Part shown: piece after piece, positions 39,033-49,436 of the stretch
How positions within the stretch are numbered: position 1 is the first letter of the stretch
Layout: every line of letters starts with the position of its first letter
From: Geosiphon pyriformis uo1
Lineage: Eukaryota > Fungi > Glomeromycota
DNA: 64,000 nt
Direction: 5' to 3'
Assembly: GCA_016748015.1 (NCBI GenBank)
Contig: JAAOMT010000349.1
Coordinates: 64,812 to 128,811 of the forward strand
Made by a program: the position numbers and the translations under genes
Notes under the pieces: model-generated
What the model was told of the DNA's origin: nothing
The model's input: the letters and a program-made list of their open reading frames with translations, nothing else
The model's database searches: none

Positions 39033-39720
39033 TAACCTCCTCCTCAAGACTGAGCTCTGTCGAAGTCCAAGTACTGTCTGTTATTTCCAGATAATATTCC
39101 AAAATTATTGAAGAAATTTGGTCTGAAAATTGTTGAAATTTCAGTTCTGTGAGCTTTCCAATGTATTGAATCTTCAAAGGTTGAAAAATTGGGTTTTGTA
39201 GTATGTTTTCACAGGTGTGGAATAGGTCATAAAGTCTAAAAGCAGCTCTAAGCCTGTAGCAACTGTTTGTTGATCCAGCTGTTGTCTTGAATTCGTTGTG
39301 GAGTTGTTTCTGAATAGCTTCTTTTGTAAGGTTTGCTGTTGTAAGTTCCAGTTTCCGTTCGTAGAGTGTTTTTTCAATGTGGAAATATCAATAGATTGGA
39401 GGATATTCAGTGTTTTTCTCATTGAGACACAATTAAAGTTTTTGTTGAATTGTAGTATTTGGTAGAATACTGATCGGAGTGAGCATTAGGTTTTCTCTTA
39501 AAGCAAGCTTTAAAAGTTATGGCAGGTGAATTCCAGTATAACTTCTTGTGTTCTTCTTATATGGGTGATATTTTCATGAGTTTGGGACTAAATTTGTAAC
39601 TACTTCTGTTTGGGTATAATTAATGTGGTTTCCAGTAACAGTAATGAATAATTCGGGTATTGTTTTTAAAGCTAACATTAGTTTTTGGGATAATTGTTGA
39701 ATGTTTTGAGGAATAGTTAT
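39001..39720 (-). pseudogene. ORF3 of unknown function (D)
   Basis: (I/M)TIPQNIQQLSQKLMLAL...YFHIEKTL...AAFRLYDLF...IGKLTELKF; runs through the PPT; frameshifted. Confidence 0.6.
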
Positions 39721-39836
39721 TATAAGCAATTTGAAATAAAAGAAAATTATTTTTGGTGTATGGGTTTTTATGTTATTTTTGTTTTGTTTTTGTGAGATTG
39801 TTTCTAAATTATAAGAAAATAACTAGTCAAATTAAA

Positions 39837-41222
39837 TTAAGTGTTCAGGTTGGAAGGTTGTTTAATGACAACTATTGGTTCTAAGTTTCGGGGAATATCT
39901 TCGGGACTGACCAAAAAAGAATGTGTACCAATTTGTGGAATTAATGGTTCAGGATTGTTTCTGAAATGATAGTGTTTCAAACAATCTCCATGTGCAACTT
40001 TTGCTAGGATTTTGTCATCAAGTCTTAGCTTGTATGATCCATTGCCTAGGACTTTATGGATAAAGAATGGTCCATCCCATTTATTTTCAAATTTTCCACT
40101 CCATTGTTTTTCAGCTTTAGTTCTGTGTAAGAGAACTTTGTTTCCAATTTTAAATTTATTGGTGACTGAAGGCAATTTGTCATTATGCTGTTCTTTTTGT
40201 TGAGCTTGGGAGTGTTCAATATGGATGGCTGCTATTCATCGTTTTCCTTCCAATGTGCTAAGCAGAGTGTAGACTCTTCGCTGAAGTGTTTCTTGGAAAT
40301 TGTTTTTATCGATCAATTGTGCTGGATATGTTTCCATTGTGAAACTAATTGGTAATGTTGCCATCCTTCTATAAGTTAAATCAAATGGTGTGTGTTTCAT
40401 GGTATCTTGTTTTAATGTCCTATATGCTAGTAACACTGATGGAATAAAGAGATTTTATTCTTGCTCAAAATTGGTTGAGACTTTGGCTAATGACTCACAC
40501 AATGTTCTGTTAAAACGTTCTACAAGTCCGTTTGTTTGTGGATGGTAGGGCGAAGACAGAGGTCTTTTGACATTGAATCGTTCGCAAATTTCTTGTATCA
40601 GGTTGTTCACAAAGTGTGTTCCCTGATCGGATAAAAGTTCAATTGGACATCCGTGTCTACAAATGATGTCTTCGTAGATGAAATTTGCTACTGATTTCGC
40701 ATCTGCTTATTGAATGGCTTTGGCTTCAGGCCATTTAGTAAGATAGTCTACAGCTACTGCAATATAATGGTTTCCTTGAGTGGTGATAGATAGTGGTCCG
40801 ACTAAATTGATACCAATTTTGTCAAAAGGCTGTCCAACTTTGATTGGATTTAAAGGTTCTGTAGGGCGAGTTCCTTCTCTTTTTTGACAACTATCACAAG
40901 ATTCTACATATTTGTGAATGTCTTTTCTCATTCGAGACCAAAAGTAATATTCTAGTGTTCTTTGAGTGGTGCTATCTTTTCCGAAGTGTGCTGATGAAGG
41001 ATCTGAGTGCATGTTGTATAAAATGGTCTCTTTTTCCTGTTCTTGTATTAATCTGAGTGGTTTGGTTGGGTTTTTGAAATTTTGATGATAGATAATGTTG
41101 TTGTATAGAAAATATTGTTTGGCTTGTTGTTGTAACTAATGTTTTTTGTCTGGGGACCAATCTGTTGGAATTGTTAATGTCTCCAAATATTGTTTGAGAT
41201 TGTTGTAGTTTTCGGAGTTCAT
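39837..41222 (-). pseudogene. Integrase ORF of D
   Basis: ATG at 41222 is in frame with fragments 40707-41012, 40236-40436 and 39837-40175 (1386 nt); HHCC (HSDPSSAH...CDSC), DDE core, KWDGPF (GPY/F). Confidence 0.95.
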
Positions 41223-42533
41223 TGTTTGTTGTTTTGATGCTGTTAATTCAAATGGATGTTGGTTTCGTTTTCTAATCTTGCCTCATTCTTAAGAGACAAT
41301 CAACGTTGATATGGAGTTTTCCTGGTTTGTGGTGTACAATGTATTGGTAATTAGCTAAAAATTCTGTCCATTGGGTTTGTTTTGCATTCAGCTGGGTGTT
41401 TTTGTTCTGAAGCCATTTAAGTCCAATATTATCAGTAATAATATCAAATTCTTTGGGTCTGAGGTAAAGATTGAAGTGATGTAGAGCCCAGATTACTGCT
41501 GCGGTTTCTAATTCTGTTGTGGAGTAGTTCTTTTCAGCTGGCTTTAATGTTCTACTAGCATAAGCAATTAGTCACTCATTTCCATTGTCATCTAACTGTG
41601 ATAGGATGGCACCAAAGGCAGTATAAGAGGCGTCAGTTGCTAACCAGAATTGGTTGCTGAAATCTGGGTAGGCGAGGATTGGAGCTGTTGTGAGTTTTTC
41701 CTTAAGTATCTCGAAGGCATTTTGGTGTTCTTCTGTCCATTTGTATTTGATATTTTTAGTAGTGAGCTGGTTGAGGAGTTTTGCAATTTCTGAGAATCTT
41801 TTGATGAATTTTCGGTAATAGGATGCTAATCCAATAAATCCTCTTAATTCTGTGGTATTTTGTGGAGTCTTGAAGTTCTTGACAGTACTGATTTTTCTGG
41901 GGTCTGGTTTAATTTCATCTTTATTCACAATGTGACCAAGAAAAGCTAAACTTGTTTTTCCAAAGTAGCATTTTTCAATGTTCAGTTTCAATCCTGTTTC
42001 TGTAATTGTTGAAAAACTTCTCGTAGGTTAATTAAATGTAACTCGAAAGATGGTAAATAAACATCAGTGTCATCAAGATAAACTACTACTGATTTCCAAA
42101 GGAGGCCTTTATAAACAACATCCATGAGTCTTTGGAATGTTGCTGGTGCATTGCATAATCCAAAAGGCATTACATTGAACTCGTAATTTCTTCTTTGAGT
42201 GGTGAATGCTGTTTTGGGGCAGTCTTTGGGGTCCATAGCAACTTGCCAGTATCCACTCTTTAAATCTAATGTCGAAAAGTATTTGGACTTTCCAAGGGCA
42301 TCCAACATGTCATCAATTCGGGGAAGAGGGTAGGCATCCCCAATGGTGACACTGTTGAGTTGTCGGTAATCAACACAAAATCGTATCTTTCTATTTTTCT
42401 TTTTAACTAGGACCACAGGTGAGGCCCATGGGCTCATTAATGGTTGAATAAGCCCATTGTTAAGCATCCGTTGTACTTTTTCTCAGATAAATTGGTGACT
42501 TTCTGGGACAACTCGGTAGGCTTGTTGTCACCT

Positions 42534-42942
42534 NNNNNNNNNNNNNNNNNNNNNNNNNNNNNNNNNNNNNNNNNNNNNNNNNNNNNNNNNNNNNNNNNNN
42601 NNNNNNNNNNNNNNNNNNNNNNNNNNNNNNNNNNNNNNNNNNNNNNNNNNNNNNNNNNNNNNNNNNNNNNNNNNNNNNNNNNNNNNNNNNNNNNNNNNNN
42701 NNNNNNNNNNNNNNNNNNNNNNNNNNNNNNNNNNNNNNNNNNNNNNNNNNNNNNNNNNNNNNNNNNNNNNNNNNNNNNNNNNNNNNNNNNNNNNNNNNNN
42801 NNNNNNNNNNNNNNNNNNNNNNNNNNNNNNNNNNNNNNNNNNNNNNNNNNNNNNNNNNNNNNNNNNNNNNNNNNNNNNNNNNNNNNNNNNNNNNNNNNNN
42901 NNNNNNNNNNNNNNNNNNNNNNNNNNNNNNNNNNNNNNNNNN
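42534..42942. other. Assembly gap (409 N)
   Basis: Run of N. Confidence 1.
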
Positions 42943-42989
42943 AATCTGGTGGGATTTGTTCTGTGTGTTAAGAGCTATATTAACTGGAA

Positions 42990-43420
42990 CTGTGAATCGT
43001 CCAGTTGAACCAAAACCTTGGGTTCCTCTATCGCTTTTTCCTAATTGTTCTCTTTGATTGACTAGTTGCAAATCCGAAATGTTGATTAAGGGTAGGTAAA
43101 TAGCTTGGGCAATTTTTTCAGCATGTTCAATCTTGAATGGTTTGTCAGTTTTATTTTGAAGCATCACTGTTATGTCTCCAGTATATCCAGCATCGATTAT
43201 TCCTCCTCTGATATTAATTCCTTTGTTTGCCAGAGAGGACTGGGAGGCGATTTGAACCATTGCTCCTGGCAGGATTTCGAGTGCAATTTTGAGGTTGATT
43301 TTTGTGAGAGATTTGGGTTTGAGAACAAGAGTATCCTTGCCTGAATATCTTAGGTCATATCCAGCATCAATTTCATGTGCTTTTTCGGGTTTTATTCCTT
43401 GTCCATTGTTGTTGAAGTAT
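42990..43420 (-). pseudogene. dut: Trimeric dUTPase domain within Gag-Pol of D (homologues at about 26370-26790, 34470-34900 and 52750-53170)
   Basis: All five dUTPase motifs recognisable in ORF 42460-43614. Confidence 0.93.
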
Positions 43421-46400
43421 TTAAATTGTAAGGCAGGCTGATTTTTGATAAGGTAGCTGGGTGTTGTTTCAATTTCTTCCGTTTCTTCAGGTTCTCCAAA
43501 TTCAATTTCATTCTCATCATTTTCGCTGGGCAAGGAGATACTAAGAGCATAGCATTCAGGACACCATTGTTCATCGCAAGACATAATGCATTCTTCACAT
43601 AGCCTAATGTTCATTTGCTCTAATCATTGAATTTAAGCTTCTTGGATCAGGTAGGTGTGACTTGCAATTTGGTGGTAGACTTTTACTTCATCTTTATAAT
43701 CGAATCCAACTAATTCCATAGTGTATTCAATGTATTCTGCTTCCTTCATTTGATGAACATCTTCTTTGGTAGCTCTATTAATTAATGCTATTGCTAAGTC
43801 GAAAATCATCTCGGCATCATGAGGGTAGTAATAAAGTTTGTTGAGAGCACTGTTGTATGCTGCATTAAAGGGTGTTCCTCTTTTTACTTTTTCTGAAATT
43901 GATAAAGCATATTGGCAGGTCTGATCACAGACGCCTTCTCTCATTGCTACATCAATCTAATTGCATTCTTCCAGTAGCATATCTCCACAAGTCAAACAAG
44001 GAGTGTTGTCCCATTTTCTGCTCCTTTTTATTAGATGGCCCCATCGCTCTCTGTGGCAAGTCTTGCAGTAATAGCAAGTATGATTCTCATATTCTTCTTC
44101 AGGTGAAATGCAGACTCCCATTGACGATAGTTTCTTGTGGCAGTCCTTATATTTAAGGGGAATATAGGGGTGTTGTTTCCTTGGTTCAGGTTTTGAGTAA
44201 GGTATATTCCATTCAGAGGTTTCGGGTTTAGTGTGTGGAGTAAAATGTTCTTGTTTTGTTTCATCGGCCCAGTTGGACATTGATCCAAGAGCCATGAATG
44301 TTTCGATTATTGGTTTTTTTTCTTCTGGTTCAAATTCAAAAGCTGGGGCTTTCTCAGAGTGTTTGTTGAATGTACCACAAATGGCAGGTACTCAGGTGTG
44401 TTGTCCTTGGTAGGAGATTGTTAACTCTTGCGTTTCCCAATGCAGATTAGCATTGGCTTTTTGAAGCCAATCATTTTCGACGAGAGCTTGGTACTGGAGT
44501 GCGTCCATTACAAGAACTTTGACTGGAATGGTAATTCCATCAAGAGTAAATAAAAAATTGTCAATTTCTCCTACTGGTGTCTTTTTCATGCCATCAGCAA
44601 TGACGATTACTGTTTGAGCTGGTCGGTCGACATTTTTTTTCAACTGTTGTATTAACTGGTAGGTGATAATGCTTCCGGCAGATCCACTGTCTAGGATCAA
44701 GCGAATTGGCTTTCCTTCTACTTCAGCTTCTGTGTACATTGCAGTGATGGCTTTTTGCTCATTAGCCGCTGCATTGCTAAGCAAGAATGGTGATTCATTT
44801 GCTTCAAATTTGAAAGGGAATATATCAGAGAGATTGGCATTTTTAGCAATTCTGGCTGGTAAAATAGTAGTGTAGTTATGAGAAGAATTTTGTTGTTGTG
44901 CTGTAGCTCTACCTTCCGAGAGTGCAGTATGGTAAAAATTCTGTTCTTCTGGTATTGTTAAATAACTGGGTTGAGTGTGGTAGTAATTGGGTCTTGGTTG
45001 AGTGGAATTTCAGAGAACCAATTGGTTGTTCGAACTGATTCTATTGTTGTTTACTTGGTATCGGTTTTGTGGTGTGAATTGATTTTGTGTAATCAGTCTT
45101 CGAGCAGGTACTTGATAATGTTGTGTGGGTGGTTGTTGGTATTGCTGTTGAATTGGTTGTGGGGCAGACTGATAGTAGTTATTTTGGTATTGGGGTCTTG
45201 GTGGATAGTAAGCTGGTGGTGATGATTGATAATAAGATTGCTGTGGTGAAGAGTAACGTTGATTACCCCTATTTTGTTGGTCTCGTTGTAGCTTTCTGCA
45301 ATCTTTTTTCCAGTGGCCAGAGATTCCACAGTAATGGCAATTCTGGGACTGGTTATTGGAAAGTGATGCAAAGTTATTTTGATTTCGTCTTTGGGGTGGT
45401 TGATATCTTTGTTGTTGTTGGTTTGTAAAATAGTTTTTGACTTTTTTTGTGAGTTGGTCAATCTTTTCCTTAGCTGCCGAACTGGTTTTTCCAATTGCCA
45501 AATTTACAAGTTTTGTACGATTGGCCTCTTTCATGGCTATTTCGTATCTCTTCGCATACTGTATGACAGAGTTTAAATCTTCTGGCGCGTGTAAACGAAC
45601 CTTTTTAATTAGTTTATCTTTTAGACCAGTGATAAATTGATCCAAGATTTGAGCATCGGAATAATAATCGTTTGTCTCGAGTTGGCGAATCCATCTGAGA
45701 AATTTGTTGAATTTCCCAATATAAGTCATAATGGATTCGGAGGGTTCTTGTTTGATATTTTGAAAATGATTGCGAAAAGTGATGGAGGTATTATTGTTGG
45801 TGAACTGTTCAAGGAAGGCTGCTTTGAAAGTGTTCCAATCATTGAATGGAACAGCAAGGTTTTCAAACCATTCTTCTGCTGTTCCTTTGAGAAAATAGGG
45901 AATTGTTCTTAACATTCTGGCAGCATTCCATCCATTTGCATCTCCAGCTTTAGTAACTTGGTCGAGCCATTCTTGGGGACTGGTCTCAATATCTTCTCCA
46001 TTGAATTCAGGGATTTTTGCAATGTATGTTGTCATTTTATCTTCTTCGTTTTCACTGTCTATTAATTCTTTTTCGGTTATTTCAGAGTTGTTTTTTTCAT
46101 TTGCTGCTGTCTCAGAGTGTTCACTTTGATTTTTAGCTAGAAAATCAAGGAGATTGGAACTAGTTTGAAGGGGTTCTTGTTGTCTGGTGGGACTTCTGAG
46201 TGATGTAAAATCTTCTGGTCTTGCAAATCGATTCAAGAGTAAATTAGGTGTTTGTGCTTGTACAAGTGAAGCTGGAAAAGGTGTGATAGTAAGTGGAAGT
46301 TTTGAGCTGGTTCTTTGTTCAGGTGTTTGTAAATGTTTAAATGATATTTTGGGAGTATTGGGTGTTGTGTAAACAGGTCGGTTATTTTTTTGTCTTTTGT

Positions 46401-46800
46401 TGCTACTGGTTTCAGGTTCAGATTCGAGTTCAAAGGCAAATTGTGTGTTTGCAGGATATTTTTCTTCACAAAATCGAATGATATTATAATCGAGTTCTTC
46501 AAAATAAGTAGTGCAAGCTTCAGCACTAATGTTTTCTGATTCAGTGTTGAAATAGTGTAGTATGTTCTCAAGAAGATCTTTTTTAACTGTTGTAATGTTA
46601 TAGTTCCCGAAGAGGTAGTCATTGATTTAATTTTTAATGTATTGAAAAAGTGTTTTCTTAAAAGCTATGATTCCATTGCATATTTCAAATTGTTGTTTGC
46701 AGTGTGTGTAAATCGATTAATAGTACTCTAAGATTGTGATGTCTGAGGCGGTCGCCACTTTGAATTTGTTGTTGTGTTATTTCCGTGGAAGAGCACCAAA

Positions 46801-47780
46801 TGTTACCGGAAGTTTTTGGTCTCTTTTCTTAAATGTTGTTGATGCTTGTTTGCTGTGAATTCACGTTTTCTGGATGTGGTTGAACCTCCAGTAACTGAAT
46901 TTATCTTCAAATTATCTCCTATAATTTTGAACTGCTGGGCTTATAAGTGGAATGGCCAATTTCATGCCAGTTACTTTGTGTAGTTACATTGTAGTAAACG
47001 TCAACTCTTTCCCAAGAATTGCTCATCTGGAAGCTCACTAAAAATGTGTAGTTATTTTGCTGTGAAAGTCAACTCTTCTACAGGAATCCCGTCTGTAGAC
47101 TACCCTAATAATAGTAATAAGAAAATAAAAGAAAATAAAAGAAATGTAAAAGAAATAGAATTTTGTCGAGGGAAATGTTTTCTATTCAGGCCTGGAGTCA
47201 CTAACAGTTTACTGAAATTGGTAGCTAATCAATTTCGAAATGTTAATTGGGTTTTGGGGATTTTCCAAGTACAATAATTAAAGAATCTGGTTTTTTGAAT
47301 TATTTGATATTTATTTTTTTTTGTGTGTATAAGAACGGTTTTAAGAGATAAATCTAAAGTAAGATACATTTTCTCAAAGAGAGAAGCTCTTCTTTTATAC
47401 AACTTGTCATAATACTATTCTATGAACTTGAACTTTGCTATTTTCTACAATTTCACTAAACTAAAGGTACATTTCAGCGAACTACAAGTTATTTCCGCGA
47501 ACTATTAGATATTTCGGTGAACTGTTAATTATTTTGGCAAATTTCTATAAATTTCGGCGAACTTTTGAATGTTACATAGTTTGGGGTATTGCATGATTGA
47601 TCATCACAATTAGGTTACATTTGTGTTGTGTACAATTTGGGTTATTAATTAAATGATAATTTCAGACATTCTTTGCTAATGTAATAAGTGATAATTTGAA
47701 ACGATAATATATGTTAATTAATAATAGGAATTATAAGATAGTTTTATGCTAAATGATATCTCTAATTTTGTCTGGTAACA
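46801..47780 (-). repeat. 5' LTR of D (980 bp)
   Basis: Adjacent to the PBS on the minus strand; flanked by TSD aagt. Confidence 0.96.
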
Positions 47781-47920
47781 AAGTACAGAGAATATTAGTC
47801 CAACCAGATGAGATCTTACAAGATCTGAAACCAATCATAATCATTGGACCAAACACGTAAAATTGAACAATAAAAAGAAGATATAAAAACATAGTAAATG
47901 CAACAGAAGACTTCAAAAAA

Positions 47921-48558
47921 ATGGAAATCACTAACAACATTTACTCATAAGCACAACAATTCTTCCAACTGATTCAACAACAGAACATAGAAATTATCAT
48001 CAATCAACAAACTATTCAATATCAAGATACCAGAAAGAGACTCAAATACAAAAATCAAAAAAAACAGAAAACACTATTGACAAAATGATTCTGAAAATAA
48101 AATTAGCAATAGAAAAACCAACAAGTGTCACCATATATTAAGAGTTGACTAGAAAAACGTAGAAATGGTGGATACATGAATTTCCAAGAAATTTTTGTTA
48201 TTTCTACTTGGGATGACACTTGAATATTCAAAACTTATACACAGATAAAACAAAATGATTATTTGACACAACAATACTGCAACAACTAGAACAATTTGTG
48301 GAAAAGAACAATCTAACAAAACATACAAGAGCTATCTATCGATTACATGCTAAATTCTAAAACAGACCAGAAATTTTACTTAATTCAGAAATGGACTTTA
48401 TTACAGTTAACCAAATGAGAAAAATAACCAACACCCAATTTGAAGAATTACAGAACAAAATAACACAAATAATTCTCAAAAAAGAAGTTCAAGAAATACT
48501 CAAAGATAGAGAATTAGAATTAGGAGATTTAAGAAATCTTGATGGAGCTCAATATTAA
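47921..48558 (+). pseudogene. ORF3 of unknown function (C)
   Basis: ATG at 47921, MEITNNIYS*AQQFFQLI...FCYFYLG...RAIYRLHAKF...NQMRKITNTQF...LDGAQY*. Confidence 0.65.
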
Positions 48559-48572
48559 AAAGAAAAGAATAA

Positions 48573-49432
48573 TATTACTCATAGAATATAGAAAATATAC
48601 ATTAGCATAAATTAGCTAATCAGAAATAGCTATAGTAAATATAGAATTCCAGGATTTCTCTCAAGAAAAATTGCAGGATTCCAGAAATTTCAGGATTCTC
48701 ATACAAGAAATCGTAGAATTCCAGAATTTTAGGATTTCTCTTAAAAGAAATTACAAGATTACAGGAATTCTAAGATTTTTGGTGTGAAGAATTAAGAAAT
48801 TATGGAATTGAGAAATCTCAATTATGTATATATAGCAGTAGTGGTAAAAGCAGAAAAAAATGGAATCCAACAATTAAAAATCTTCTATCCACAAAAATAT
48901 TAAAATAAATAATTATTTACTATTTCAATTTACTCTTCACTATCAACACTTCATGTTAATATTAATTGATACTTAACCATATTGGAACAATAGCTCTTGA
49001 TTATGGCTATTAACAGAATTCTAATTTGCAATTGCTTTTGTTTATTTTTTTATTTTCTTTTATTTTCTTTTCTGGTTTTGATCTTATTGTTGTTATTAAT
49101 TAATTAAAAATTAAAGTGCTGAATTATTAACATTACAGATAGTTTGGTAAAAGACCCAGAAATAAGGATAAAAATATATTTATTAATGGATAGCTTACCA
49201 AAAAAGCATGACTGTCAGATTAAACCAGCCACTATACTGAAAACAGAAATTAAAAAAACCATTCAGAAACCAACCACATCATTATCAAATTTCTGTCTAT
49301 TATACAAAAAACTCAACTTTAAAAACCTTCAAATATAACCAATATACCAGTATTACTTATATTATTAAGATATTGAGCACCAAGTTATGGATTTGTTATT
49401 TGATTTGAGATCCCAAATAATCATTTGTAACA
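48573..49432 (+). repeat. 3' LTR of C (860 bp)
   Basis: Direct repeat of 29614-30466, preceded by the PPT. Confidence 0.92.
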
Positions 49433-49436
49433 TTAC

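Larger units (their letters stand above)
41272..46758 (-). pseudogene. pol: gag - protease - Cys-rich domain - dUTPase - RT - RNase H of D
   Basis: One reading frame from the PBS to the gap, broken only by nonsense codons; CHYCGISGHWKKDC; LILDSGSAG; dUTPase AGYDL, GIIDAGYTG, KIAQ, RGTQGFGSTG; RT LDLKSGYWQ, MPFGLCNAPATF, YLDD; RNase H ATDAS; TAG at 41274-41272. Confidence 0.96.
38054..47780 (-). mobile_element. Ty3/Gypsy LTR retrotransposon D (youngest), inserted at the 3' end of C integrase
   Basis: LTRs at 46801-47780 (5') and 38054-39032 (3'), both TG...CA; TSD aagt at 38050-38053 and 47781-47784; PBS tggtgctcttcc at 46798; PPT gaggaggagg at about 39036-39045. Confidence 0.96.
29614..49432 (+). 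mobile_element. Ty3/Gypsy LTR retrotransposon C, inserted in gag of X; contains D
   Basis: LTRs at 29614-30466 and 48573-49432; TSD tcac (29610-29613) / ttac (49433-49436); PBS at 30469; PPT at about 48557-48572. Confidence 0.92.

Noticed and set aside
41272-41290. Ty1-like +1 frameshift site (ATG AGG C) linking RNase H to integrase in D
   Set aside because: It would fit D only; the A, X and C spacers have a different phase and lack the motif. Recoding is not fully excluded
42444-43614. Long ORFs of 175 and 384 aa spanning 42.5-42.9 kb
   Set aside because: Artefacts of reading through the 409-N gap; frame across the gap cannot be determined
47921-48558. ORF3 as a retroviral env gene
   Set aside because: Too short, with no visible signal peptide, fusion peptide or transmembrane anchor
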